From: an uncultured Nitrososphaeraceae archaeon
GTDB taxonomy: Archaea > Thermoproteota > Nitrososphaeria > Nitrososphaerales > Nitrososphaeraceae
Direction of reading: 5' to 3'
Assembly: GCA_963765895.1 (NCBI GenBank)
Contig: CAVXZB010000041.1
Coordinates: 1-64,000 of the forward strand
DNA length: 64,000 nt
The position numbers and the translations under genes were made by a program. Under the pieces are notes generated by a model. That model was not told the DNA's origin and ran no database searches. It worked only from the letters and a program-made list of their open reading frames with translations. How positions within the stretch are numbered: the stretch's first letter is position 1; every line of letters starts with the position of its first letter. Positions 36,030 to 47,452 of this stretch are shown piece after piece.

Positions 36030-36977
36030 GGCTATGTAGAAAACATCATCAATATTACAAGATTAGTCAGTCTATGCATATTGTAGGTGATACATCTAAA
36101 TGATAACTCTCTGTTCTGCATTCTAGTCAATCTAGACATAAGATTCTCTCCAAATAGTCGTTTTATAACTGATATTATGGTTTCATCTTTGTTTCGTTGA
36201 TTGTACAGCAATTTGGAGTAACCACGCTTCATCTGCTTTCTGTACTTACCATGTGTTCTCCACATCGGTACATGTTCATATCGAGCAGGAATAATACTGA
36301 ATGCATGTAAGTCCTCTCTTACGAGAAGGTGATTATCTTCACTATCGTAACCCTTATCAGCTGTAACTACGGATAATGGAAGAATATTTGATGTCCTTGT
36401 TACAATTGGCCTGAAATCTACATTATCATGCCTTGTTGGAGCTCGTCTTATCTTAATTGTACATATGATTTGTTGTAATACATCTACTCCAATAGATAAT
36501 TTCGCATATTTTCTTCTCAATTCTGTTCGATCAGTATAATATTGTGATGCATGAGTTATCTTAAATCCTGTTGAATCTATTCCTGCAAAGATATGCTTGG
36601 TACCACTAATTACAATGAATGACGAAATTATCTTTTCAAGCAATGAATTATTAATTCTATCTGTAAACTTTTGCAATGTTGTAAAATGAGGAATACGTGA
36701 CAACCGTAGAAATGACCTTAGGTAATAGGCTTCAATTAACCACTCGACAAACATTCTATAACTCTTACCTTCATACTGTCGTATAGCAACTAGAACTATG
36801 TGCTGCCATATTGTAAATATGTGATTACTTTTCCTGTTAGAAAATAGAGGAATCCTTGCATGCTTCAAAACACGGAACATAGTACCTGCAAGTCTGACGT
36901 ACATTGATTCTTTCAATAGACTATTGGTATTATACTCTTACAAAGCTTTGACTGTATGAGATGGTTTCTACACAGCC
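36030..36977 (-). mobile_element. IS5-family insertion sequence, copy 2 (948 bp)
   Basis: Nearly identical to copy 1 (two substitutions seen); target duplication TTATAGTT at 36022-36029 and 36978-36985. Confidence 0.93.
36032..36916 (-). CDS. IS5-family DDE transposase
   Basis: 294 aa; differs from copy 1 by PIIT versus PIVT. Confidence 0.93.
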   Translation of the reverse strand: MKESMYVRLAGTMFRVLKHARIPLFSNRKSNHIFTIWQHIVLVAIRQYEGKSYRMFVEWLIEAYYLRSFLRLSRIPHFTTLQKFTDRINNSLLEKIISSFIVISGTKHIFAGIDSTGFKITHASQYYTDRTELRRKYAKLSIGVDVLQQIICTIKIRRAPTRHDNVDFRPIVTRTSNILPLSVVTADKGYDSEDNHLLVREDLHAFSIIPARYEHVPMWRTHGKYRKQMKRGYSKLLYNQRNKDETIISVIKRLFGENLMSRLTRMQNRELSFRCITYNMHRLTNLVILMMFST

Positions 36978-37322
36978 TTATAGTTATATTAATTTATTAA
37001 TTAATCACTCATCTGTGCTATAACGAAACAGATTTTTATTTTAGATTCTACACTACATAAGTTACCATTTAAGTGTTAGAAATATAGCAATGAGGTAACG
37101 AATTAATGGGGACTTATCAGTATTTTGCTTGTATGTCGACTTTAAAATACTTCAAACTGCTAAGAATTCCAAATCAATCAATCATAGTATAAACTCATAA
37201 AACTGGTTTGTATCAGTTGTTCTGAAATTTGATGTGTGGTACTCCAATTGTATATACTTAGCGGGCAGGGAACAAGTCTGTTAATGCTGCCTGAAAATAA
37301 ATACCACTCCTCTGATTCTATA

Positions 37323-38120
37323 TTAACTATAAGAAGAAATTGTGGCTTGTTTATCTACAATTTTATCCTTTTGCAATGAATGATAGAATGAACCAGCTTC
37401 TAGGGCAAGAGAGTGTGGATATTCTTCTAGCGACATCTTTTCTGCTTTATCTTGTTTTGCTGCTTTACATTTAAAGGTGAATTCTACAATGAGTGGCTTG
37501 TCTTCTTTAGTCGATGAATACCACAGGTTAAGCTCAGGCTCGATCTCAGTAGCATCATCTGAAAAAGCGATTTTTCCAATCTTGCTTGATATTTCTACTA
37601 CTTCAAAATTATTTACTTTGCTGAGCATCTTACCAGTTTCAATCCCTAGATCAAGTCCAGGAAATACAGATAAAACATCTTGCATAGTATTAAAGCGTGG
37701 TGTTTGTTTACCCTTCAGAGAGGCTGAAAGTGAAAACTTGCTGATGAACGGGATAATTATATCTTCTTCGAACTTAATATCGATACCTTCAACAGAACTC
37801 GCAAGATCATATGAAGCAGAGACATATCGATCTGAGTGTCTACACTTCAGTGCGACATCATATTCCTCTGAATTCTTCTCCTTTCTTATTCTGAGCAGAA
37901 AATTATTATTACAGTAGAGTTCATATGCATTGGTATCCACGTACCATGTTGTTCTCTCTTTTTCTTTAATGTCATCCATAAATCTTCCATTCTGTTTTTC
38001 AATTAATCCCTTAATGATGGCTGAGAGTTCTTGTATTCCTTTCTTTTTATCCATGAACCTGTTTCTATCCAATATAATCTTAAATTCACGAGAGGTTAAA
38101 GGGCGATTGGAATGAGGCAA
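37323..38120 (-). CDS. hypothetical protein, possibly CYTH-like
   Basis: REFK near the N-terminus, WYVDT, LLRIRK, ALKCR, KFEEDI and IVEF resemble CYTH tunnel strands. Confidence 0.55.
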   Translation of the reverse strand: MPHSNRPLTSREFKIILDRNRFMDKKKGIQELSAIIKGLIEKQNGRFMDDIKEKERTTWYVDTNAYELYCNNNFLLRIRKEKNSEEYDVALKCRHSDRYVSASYDLASSVEGIDIKFEEDIIIPFISKFSLSASLKGKQTPRFNTMQDVLSVFPGLDLGIETGKMLSKVNNFEVVEISSKIGKIAFSDDATEIEPELNLWYSSTKEDKPLIVEFTFKCKAAKQDKAEKMSLEEYPHSLALEAGSFYHSLQKDKIVDKQATISSYS

Positions 38121-38624
38121 GCCTAAATATTAACACCTAGGGGTAGTTAAACTCACTGTATATAAATTTACTCGTATCAACCGTTCCCTATACCTGACCG
38201 TTCCAGTCCCAATATTAATTATGTTACCATTAATTAGATATCATCATCTACAAATAGCCAGTCTATTGACTGTTGAGATTAGTCCAGTTGCACTTGGTTT
38301 GTCTATCAAAAGGCGTAGTGCGGGTGTTTATAGACTTAACTACATGGATAGTGATGCCGAAAATCTTAAATTTGCTTCTATAAGAAATATGCATTAGACT
38401 GAGCATTCGCTGCTTTTAGGCTGTATTTGTGCACATCAGCCAAGCATATTCAGAATTTCCTATTCAGGAGTACATAGAATAATCTACTTAACAACGTTGT
38501 TGTTGTAATGTTAATACTGCGGTGTACAGATGAAGCATGTTTTTAGCATGGTTTTTCATATAGTATTAAGGTACAGTGATTGCTAGACGCAAAACCGATT
38601 ATATGAGCGCATAACCTCTTGGAG

Positions 38625-38640
38625 TTTTCGGCGCCGAAAA
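38625..38640. repeat. perfect 16-bp palindrome TTTTCGGCGCCGAAAA
   Basis: Read directly. Confidence 0.9.
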
Positions 38641-38665
38641 ACTTCAGACCATTCACCGAGTATTG

Positions 38666-39221
38666 TTACAAGTTAGATTTAGCCACTGAATCTCCAGCAA
38701 TTCTTAACTGAACCTTCACAGTATTGTCATAGTAGTTGTCTTTTTCTATGGACTTTTGCCTTTAGTTGTCTTTACCGCTTTAACGAATCGAACGTTCTCA
38801 GTAGCTTCTAAAGCGTAGTTGCCATCTTGAACATTATCTATTATGAGGAATTGGCAAGGTGGGCCTTCAGTATACGGTCCACATTACCCGCAGCAATTCC
38901 ATGATATTCGCAATCGATAAATCTAACATCTGCTGACTACCAGCCCAGAAGGCAAAAGAATTATTTTTAAGACTGTAGGCGTAAAATTTGTCTTTAAATG
39001 CCATCCAGTGGCGAATACATTAGAACGTTCGAAAATATCTGGCTGGTCTTAGTCTTCCTATTACTAGGTCTTCGCTACCTCCGTTGTGGCAGTAAGGATC
39101 AAATCTCATAATTCGATGTTGTCCCCTCGGTGCGCAGCCAAGCTTGACGCTTTCATTTTCGCTGAAAGTTTTCATGCTGATTTCTGGAGTTACCTACTTT
39201 GACTACTAGATTCACACTCAT
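38666..39221 (-). pseudogene. lysyl-oxidase-like domain remnant
   Basis: Manual translation: KTFSENESVKLGCAPRGQHRIMRFDPYCHNGGSEDLVIG, PDIFE, DCEYHGIAAG, PCQFLIIDNVQDGNYALEAT, DNYYDNTVKVQLRI. Many breaks; not in the ORF track. Confidence 0.5.
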
Positions 39222-39866
39222 TTGTCCTCAGATGTTGATCTTGGATAAAGATGTTGACAGCTCCAAAAACATATTAAGATAGTTAGAATACAACAAGATG
39301 ATCAGGGTGCTGCATTATTACATCATTATTGACTTATATTGGTGATGTTGTTGATTTAGATTGTTAGATACTTCATTCTGATTCATATGTCATTAACCTC
39401 TGATTTTGTGATTGATTAGTATATAAAATAGTATGTTTTAATGTATGATTCTCTATTAGAACCACAACAAAAATATTTAATTACTAAGATTCTTAAAAAT
39501 TGTGGTCAGTTTTTAGCAGTATCGAGTAACACTAGTAGTACTCAATAGAACGTTATTTAATACAAATTATAGTCGTAACTGGATGAATTTTCGTATAGCT
39601 TTACTCTCTTATATCCTGCTGGTATATGTCTGTAGCCTGATAGATGATTCCCTACTTTTGGAACACCAATTAAACTCGATTTTCATCAGACTTTTTGAAT
39701 GGCCCTTCTATGTACATGCTTATGACTTGGATTTGGCCTTTGATGTATCATTTCTACCAATATTCCATCATCCATTTCTGGAATTTCGCGTTGACAGAAG
39801 TAACCCTACTTAAATATGGTTTGTCTAATTGAGTGCATACAGTATCTGTTCAAATCGAAGTAATTA

Positions 39867-40502
39867 TCAATTTACAGCCAATCTAGTTTGATAAATTGAC
39901 ACTACACCATTATTAAAAATCTTATATAGAGATAGAATATAACTTTCGCCAGCCTTCATATGATTATTCAAGATGAAGTCATCGCTACCATCTACATTTA
40001 TACGATTCGGAACTACTATGGATTCATTTCCTAAATGATGAATGTCAAAATTTCCATGTTTGTCTTGCTTTAGTATAGTCATAACTGTTACAATATTTTT
40101 GACTTCAATACTTTTATTTCCTATAAAAGGGGTGGTAGGAATGTGAAATGACATTCCTTTTCGGAGACTTACTCCTTCATTAATCAATGGAAAACTAAAA
40201 TCTGGGTTTTCAATTATAGTCTTGTTAACTATTACACCTTTAAATCCTAGGTTTGTGAAACCATCGTCTCCATATGTTAGATATGCTTGAGGGAGATTCA
40301 AAATCAATAACGGTTGACTGTTTTGATAATCAGTCTTGTTTCCCTGAATAAGCGATGGTGCTAATAATCTAAAATCTTTTCCTACTATAAGGGATGGCAC
40401 ATAAAGAATAGATATTATTGTTATTGTCAAAATTATTGAAGTAGATTTTTTTGTAATTCGACTCATACTTAATATATTATAAGCTATATTCGGTTTAGTC
40501 AT
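39867..40502 (-). CDS. membrane-anchored/secreted hypothetical protein
   Basis: 211 aa with an N-terminal hydrophobic helix. Confidence 0.6.
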   Translation of the reverse strand: MTKPNIAYNILSMSRITKKSTSIILTITIISILYVPSLIVGKDFRLLAPSLIQGNKTDYQNSQPLLILNLPQAYLTYGDDGFTNLGFKGVIVNKTIIENPDFSFPLINEGVSLRKGMSFHIPTTPFIGNKSIEVKNIVTVMTILKQDKHGNFDIHHLGNESIVVPNRINVDGSDDFILNNHMKAGESYILSLYKIFNNGVVSIYQTRLAVN

Positions 40503-41269
40503 ATATTTGGATAGATAAGCTCTTGTACTGCATATATAGTTACAATAGATGGTGATGGCTATGGCGATTGTGACAACGTATCAGCACTTTCTGCAGCTAT
40601 TTTGAAGGCCGGGCGACTTGACTCAGAGGTGATAGTAGGTGAATTCTTTTAGGCAGTTGTTTTGAGTTTCGCCCTCATGGATCTGTGGGATTCCTCTATC
40701 TGAACCACCCCATGATCTATCCGTCTTTCAGTTAACTGAAACCAACTACTCGCAATACATAGATTATAATTTCAAGAGATACTATCTAGTAGGCGCTACG
40801 TATATTAATGATTTGCCTGCCCTGCAGTTGATTATAGTTGTTACGCTGCTCCAGATTCCCTTTCGTAGGCGAGAATTCATAGCGCATGAAGATCCAAAAG
40901 ATAGCGCTAGTAGTTGAAAAGCATGATGCGCACGGCAGGATATATCTACAGCCAACGCTAACAATAACCGAGTGGATTATATATTGTAATGTCAGAAGAG
41001 TTTGATTATTTTTACCATCATAATAAGCGGAAGTTATCCTTAATGCATGTGAAAATATTATTTGCATATATAATGATATTGGCTATATTATATGGCTATA
41101 TTATATGGCCAGAGAATCCCAAGTTTTACTCTATTCTGACTAGTCTATTTTGATGCCAACAAAGGATCGATACGTATCACTTGCTGAATTACTTGGTTAT
41201 GATGTATCTCCATAATCGAGAAATGTCTTTTCCCAACGTCGATAGCCGCTTTAGTAGCGATGAAAAGGC

Positions 41270-42058
41270 CTATTTAAATGCAGTAATATCTGATTTGAAG
41301 ATACTTTGTAAGAGATTATTTTTATGGTCTTCTATATCTTTATTTAGGATAGATATACTTCTCATGTACTCATTGATATTAGTTTGATTATAATAAAAAA
41401 GTGCGTCCCAGTCTATGCTCTTATTGTCTCTTATAGGAAAGTATTTTTGATCCTTTTTCCACCCTGCAAAATTCTGTGGATTTAGTATGTGAATATAAAA
41501 TTGATTACAGTGATATTTGTTTAGAACGTTTCTGTCTATATTTATAGGATTGTCTTGTGAATAAGACGTATATACTTTCAATATATGTGCTAATCTGTTG
41601 CATACGTCATAATAATATGTAGTATAGTTTTGTTGTGGAAACTTATAACCTGCTATATAGTAGGAATATTCTTCAGCAGCAGATGATAAGTTATCCCAAT
41701 TCTGTCTAATACTATCATCAGAAAAGTACGCTTCAATTTTTGAGCCAATCATTTCCTTAGATATTTGCCAGCTTCTGAAAGAATCGTCAAAATCTTTTTC
41801 ATTAAACCTATCTACTAATCTAGTTGACACTACAGAATCAGATACAGCTTTATTTATGTCGTCAGCTAATGCTGTTTTAAGCTCTAGTTGCTTTTCATTA
41901 TCTTGCCACTGGCGGGTGAAATTTGGGATTATTATACTGGATACTATTGCGCCTACCATGAGCAATAGAAAAGGATGAGACATTATCTTCCTGAAATCCT
42001 CATTATTAAGACGCTTGAGCTGATTTGATAAATATCTGAATTTTGCCTTGATTTCCAT
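41270..42058 (-). CDS. single-TM hypothetical protein
   Basis: 262 aa; HPFLLLMVGAIVSSIIIP TM followed by a helical domain. Confidence 0.65.
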   Translation of the reverse strand: MEIKAKFRYLSNQLKRLNNEDFRKIMSHPFLLLMVGAIVSSIIIPNFTRQWQDNEKQLELKTALADDINKAVSDSVVSTRLVDRFNEKDFDDSFRSWQISKEMIGSKIEAYFSDDSIRQNWDNLSSAAEEYSYYIAGYKFPQQNYTTYYYDVCNRLAHILKVYTSYSQDNPINIDRNVLNKYHCNQFYIHILNPQNFAGWKKDQKYFPIRDNKSIDWDALFYYNQTNINEYMRSISILNKDIEDHKNNLLQSIFKSDITAFK

Positions 42059-42344
42059 ATTACCTTAATGCTATCAATAACTAGATCTAGATTTATAAAA
42101 TGATTCTCTGTATTAGCATATCATTAAGCAAATGTTTCTGAATCAACCAACATATCAATTTGTATATTTCATTAAGAGAAATTTTAAAAGTAGACTGAGA
42201 GTATTTGTGAAAATAAAAGTAGCTTATTTTGGATTCGAATAAAAGATTTCTGAATGAGATCATAATTTTTGCTGCTTATGATAACACTATATCATCTTAA
42301 TGCCCCCCTGTCCTAACTTATCGATAGCTTCTGATGTGGACAAC

Positions 42345-42495
42345 AGGAATTGGCTATATATCATACTTGTAGCCTGATTAACACCTATAGCTGAGGGCTG
42401 ATTTCCAACTTTGATATCATCTCTTATCTTAGTTCTAATTCTTTCATCGATTACAGAGACAGAATCATTACCAAGATTCCTAACATTGACTATAT
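42345..42495 (-). pseudogene. YVTN/YncE beta-propeller repeat fragment
   Basis: NLGNDSVSVID..IKVGNQPSAIGVNQATSMIY. Confidence 0.55.
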
Positions 42496-42704
42496 TTCTA
42501 GTCTTATGCCAGGCCTTTTAATGATTAGTGAAAATAAAGAATAGATAAAAGTGAAGGTCATCGTTGGCTTGCTCATTGACTTAAGAGCCCGACTGCAAGA
42601 GTTGGACAGCAACTGAACAGATCACTCTTGATCATTCAATGGCTTGAAGAAGAGAAGTAGCCGCTGTGAAATTACATATGGTATTATGGAATCCCTTGAG
42701 CTGA

Positions 42705-43190
42705 GCTTCTTTCAGTTAGGTGTTCCCCCACCTGAAACAGCATCATATCAGGGACCGGCGTGATAGCCTTCAAGACTGTCCGTGTTATTATTTCCAGACT
42801 GAATGTCTCTACAGGCAACCGCATCTGCGGTCATGTTACTAGCGCCACTAGTTTGATAGAGGATTGTTATCAAGTAGCCAACACGTTTACCGGCAGGACG
42901 TTTTGCGTTAATTAGGGTTAAAAGACCGGCCACAAGAGGACTTGCCGCACTCGTTCCACCATTGGGCTCAGACTGCCCATTGACAACAAGTAGATAGGGT
43001 GAGGCTGTCCAGTATGCATTACTGTGAGATCAGAAAGACATCGCCCGATGATTACAGCAGGGGTTGATGGAACTAATGTTCACGTTCTTCTACCCGACTT
43101 GCCTTGGGAAGACCGCACTCACACCGCTGCCTGAGCTGCCATCATCCAGTCTTACGCCGTCACCTTCAATCCATACAATTTCGTCATGTG
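42705..43190 (-). pseudogene. S53 (sedolisin/kumamolisin) peptidase C-terminal fragment
   Basis: EIVW, SGSGVSAVFPR, NGGTSAASPLVAGLLTLIN (catalytic Ser), CRDIQSGNN, YDAVSGWGTP. Confidence 0.8.
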
Positions 43191-43431
43191 TCCTCATCTA
43201 GGTTCCAAGAGATCAAGAGAAGACAAGACATAAAATAGTATAAATATATCATCCAATATTTGGCAATTTAGTTGGAATATTGAAATCAATTAAATTACAA
43301 AAATCAATTCATGGTAATTTATTTTCATATTCTGGTCCATCGATATTACCAGGAAAGTAATCCCTAAAGGGTAGTTGAATCGAAGCGCTAATCCTAAATC
43401 TAAAGAGGCAGATGGCTATCCATTAATTGGC

Positions 43432-44228
43432 TTAGTTTAGCGGATCGCCTCTTCCAAAACCTATATCGCGGGCACGCTGAAGTATTGGATAAATGTCGGT
43501 TGTGTAAGATGTAGTAGTAGGTGATGTTAGCAGTCCGCCGTCAACCATTGCCTGAAAGATGCGATCATAAAGAGTAATGGCACTTTGTTGATGGGGAGCA
43601 TATTTTGTGGGAGCTACGATAACCCAGGCACCATCCACAGAAGGGGCAGATCCATCACTTCGCAGCTTGATGATAGCTGTTACTGGACCATCTGCTACAT
43701 CGTCATACCAATCCTCCCTCGCTCAAAAATAACCGTCAAGAGCAGTACCTGCCGGCGAAGCAGATTTGCCAAAACCACCAAGGACCAATAAATGGTTATC
43801 ATTATCAGTTCTTATCTCACCTAAGGGAATCTTGATTACTGGTGCACCAGAAAACCTAATCTCTCCAGTGTCAAAGAGACCGATCTGATCCGGACCATTA
43901 AGTGTTAGGGGACCGGGGTCAATTGTAGGATCACTTGTTGACTCGGTGTTGCCGCGTCCAGGATGTGCTCGCCTTGCTATTGACAAGATGGAGAGTCCAG
44001 GATATTTCAGCTTCAGCATTGCTGATCTCAGTTGCTGTTCCATCATCATGATGTGCAAAGATATGAAACCGCGCCGCCTAGCGCTTAACCCGGCACTGAC
44101 TGTCTTTGAATCCTCCCAGGGGCATTGGTTCTTCTCCTAATTTTTCAGGTCCTATAAAGAAATCCTCAGGACTATTTCCTACACGGGGCAATGCTTATTG
44201 CTGGGTGAATTTTGTATATAGTCACCAT
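43432..44228 (-). pseudogene. LodA/GoxA-family CTQ-dependent oxidase, N-terminal part only
   Basis: YKIHPAI/IARVGNS, RVKR*AARF, IPLGEIRTD..LLVLGGFGKS, YDDVADGPV, AWVIVAPTKYAP, ITLYD, DIYPILQR. Confidence 0.8.
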
Positions 44229-45118
44229 AATTAGACAGACATTGGTAAGATAAGTCATTCTTAAGGCTTTCCGAGCACCTTCTGTCTTCGATTAGCCATA
44301 CTTGGCAAATCAGTTACTAAACATATTTTGTCTGATTCAAGACTTGATAATAACAAAGAACAAAGTCAAAGCAAATTGGTTTAAAATTTTAGTTAATTAA
44401 CTCCAATACTATGAATCTAGCGTGTAGGATAAAAACACCTGGACTTTTCAAACTCATCTTTTCTTAACTTAGTGCTATACTTTCTTATCATTCAAACAAC
44501 GATTATTGGCTATGGTTTCTGACCATTCTTTTATGCATTCTATAATTATTATTATCATGATTTTCGTGGCTGATCTTCTTGTAACCCATAAGTCATTCTC
44601 CGAAAAGATTAACTCATCTATTCTCTGCAATAATTGTGCATCTGATTTTGATTGCTTGTCATTAGGATGAGCAAACGTACTACCCTTATATTTCGTATTA
44701 TCATATCTCCAACAAAATAGCTAAGATCCAGATATTCCTGGATCAAGGGTTAAATAGTTCGATATAGTCTAGATTGTATAATAATTAGAAAAAACAGGTT
44801 TTCATCATAATATGACAATCAATTAGAGAGTATTTTAAGGATGTCAGTATACAATATAACGCCCAAAAATTAGTCCGCGTATAGGAGTTATAATACTCAT
44901 AGATATAACCAAATATAATATCACACTATTTCTTTCAAGTTTGGTACCAAAATATTATGATATGAAATTTGTCGCTGACTCATGCCTTTAAGTAAAGGTG
45001 ATTGTAAAAAAAACTTGGCTATGATATATAGAGCAGAATGAGTGGTCTTGAGTAGCTATTGCTATCTCTTTAGGGATATCGACAGAGGAATTATCGTTTG
45101 GTCAAACTATATATGGTA

Positions 45119-45493
45119 CTATCCACTGGTAAACCTAAGTGTGTAACTGCTATTGGAACCGATATTGAGTAGTTTAAAACCTACCATATACGCACGAGCA
45201 TGGTGAGGATCTAATTTAGGCTCCTGCCAGCACATGTTAAATGCATCAGGAACAACGTAGGCATTATAGTTACCAGCCCATTGAACGGTTCTGTCGCTAG
45301 AATGAGCATAATATAACCAAGTGCTATTGATGCTTGCTAGATTAGCATTAGAGACAACCCTGCACGAGTTAGTCGGTATACTCCACCAGCCCACCTTTCT
45401 CCAATTTCCGCCATTTGCACATTGACTAGGATTATAGTAAGCTACCGCTGCAGAAATAGGAGACGAATATTCGTTACAAAAAGTAAGAGTCAT
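45119..45493 (-). CDS. DUF1036-like protein
   Basis: From ATG 45493: LTFCNEYSSPISAAVAYY..WRKVGWWSIPTNSC..LYYAHS..WAG. Confidence 0.7.
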   Translation of the reverse strand: MTLTFCNEYSSPISAAVAYYNPSQCANGGNWRKVGWWSIPTNSCRVVSNANLASINSTWLYYAHSSDRTVQWAGNYNAYVVPDAFNMCWQEPKLDPHHARAYMVGFKLLNIGSNSSYTLRFTSG

Positions 45494-45500
45494 TGTTCTA

Positions 45501-45677
45501 TCAGGCCTTCCCCTCGGTATTTCCTTTCGGCGGTAATCGTGCTTTTTCCGCACTCGAAATCATTTCATCCTGATCCCATGTTCCAGGACTGTGAGATGCG
45601 AATCCGTGCTTCTTATCTTGAACAGAACCTTCTCCTTCCGTATCTTCTAGCTTCACAGGTTCATTTTCGTTTTCCAT
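45501..45677 (-). CDS. 58-aa hydrophilic small protein
   Basis: MENENEPVKLEDTEGEGSVQDKKHGFASHSPGTWDQDEMISSAEKARLPPKGNTEGKA*; ends 7 bp before the DUF1036 ATG. Confidence 0.45.
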   Translation of the reverse strand: MENENEPVKLEDTEGEGSVQDKKHGFASHSPGTWDQDEMISSAEKARLPPKGNTEGKA

Positions 45678-46381
45678 TAGACAACATTAGAATCACTGTA
45701 TTTAACTATTTTTGTAATATTAACATAGAGGGAACAATACTAATGGGAAAGCAATTACTATGGCCCAAACTATGGAGCGATCGCAAACTCTGTAAGATCG
45801 AAAAGGATTCTTACCATATTTTAAAAACAATGGCTTTGCATTTCCAGTACTGCTCACCAAAATATACAAACCCATTTCTGCTATTAAACAGAAGGTAATA
45901 AAACACATTTTGGACTAATCTACTTGATTCATCCTAAGAATAGTTCAATAAAATTCTAGACGCCGTTTGATAAGCTTTCGACTATGAAGAATGAATTAGA
46001 GGTCTCAACTTGCGAACATATTAGATCGCACCCCATGTTAACGAAAAAATTAAAAAGAATTCGCAAGCATAGGGAATTTAGAACCATCTCTGGGACGGAC
46101 AATAAGCTTGAGAAATCACTTGTTAGATATCACTGGTGCAGGACTAAAGTGATACGCTACTTGCCTACGGGCCAAATCCTTGCGAGTTATTGAATTCTGA
46201 CAATTATAATCCTAAAAATAGTAAATAAATGGTGATCATAGTCATGATTCACCGCTTATGAGAGACGATCACCCCTTAAGTAGCGTTGTTTCAATCCAGT
46301 GTAATCATCACTCTTCAAAATGCCGGTTATAAATGATCCTTAGATAATTCGAACCATTTATAGATCTAGAGTTGGGTTTAC

Positions 46382-47452
46382 TTATGGATATCCGGCTATC
46401 ACAGCCCACGTTGCTATAGCGCTGTCGATTGTACTCCAATATCCGTATTTTTCGTAGATACGCGCAGCAGTCTTCTTCTGGTCCTTAAGAGGCAAACTAC
46501 CATCCATTTGTGGATCTGATGCGTTTCGAACAGTAAACCAATCTGGACTCTCATTATGAATATCTTGACAGGACAACCCTAACGTTGCATCATCCATTTC
46601 AACTACAGCTCCTAATCCTTGCAATTTGTATGTGTCAGTTGTGTTGTCAAAACCAAAGAAATCAGTACTTATTATTATTGGTGGTTCAGAGCTAGGAAAT
46701 AGGTCATAATATATCTTAGGGTGTTGAGAACCCTGAGGAAGTTTATTTGCATTAGCTTGGAATAACTTATCCACAGCATACTGTAAGTAACGGATTGGAA
46801 CTGAACCTTTATTGTCATATTGTTGGTTATTAAAAGGTGCGTTGCCGAAGGTTTTATTACAGTCAAATCTGACCTTTCTTCCGATCACTACGTCTCCAAC
46901 CTTAAGGTCTTGTCCTATTCCCCCTGCGGTTCCAGTAGTGATGACAAGTTTTGGCTTTACTTCCTGAATAATTTGTGTCCATAAATCACGAAGGGGTAGC
47001 TTTGGCCCATCTGTACTCATATGAAGTTCAGATTTAAAGCATAATACAGACTTATTTCCAATCGTACTACGAAAAAAAATCCCAAGCCTGTTCTTCTCAA
47101 GTGATGGCGCGCCATGTCGAATATTATTCTTGTAATGCGACTCAAATAGCCGATCGTATGGATACCAATTGGAACTAGAATATTCTGGTGTCAGTATATC
47201 CGCAAGCGCCTGACATTCAGCAACTGTCCAAGTGACAACAAGATATTCAGCCTCAGGAAGGGATTCGCTAGGATTAGGATTTTGAGGATATGGCTGCGAT
47301 ATAGGAATAAAATCTGCTGGCCACGGAACCGCATTTGGTCTTTTTAATAGGATTGGTTCGAGTTCTGTCCAATAAGCATAGGTTGATGGTTGCCTAGGAT
47401 CGAATTCAATAATGTGTTTAGCGAAATCAAAATCTGTTTCGGGGGATCTCAC
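46382..47452 (-). CDS. nucleoside phosphorylase/nucleosidase (PNP_UDP_1)-fold protein
   Basis: PKLVITTGTAGGIG..VGDVVI, VEMDD and VRNASD motifs. Confidence 0.75.
   Translation of the reverse strand: MRSPETDFDFAKHIIEFDPRQPSTYAYWTELEPILLKRPNAVPWPADFIPISQPYPQNPNPSESLPEAEYLVVTWTVAECQALADILTPEYSSSNWYPYDRLFESHYKNNIRHGAPSLEKNRLGIFFRSTIGNKSVLCFKSELHMSTDGPKLPLRDLWTQIIQEVKPKLVITTGTAGGIGQDLKVGDVVIGRKVRFDCNKTFGNAPFNNQQYDNKGSVPIRYLQYAVDKLFQANANKLPQGSQHPKIYYDLFPSSEPPIIISTDFFGFDNTTDTYKLQGLGAVVEMDDATLGLSCQDIHNESPDWFTVRNASDPQMDGSLPLKDQKKTAARIYEKYGYWSTIDSAIATWAVIAGYP

Noticed and set aside
24168-36977. Composite transposon carrying glyA, pepN and parB
   Set aside because: Each IS has its own distinct target duplication, indicating independent insertions.
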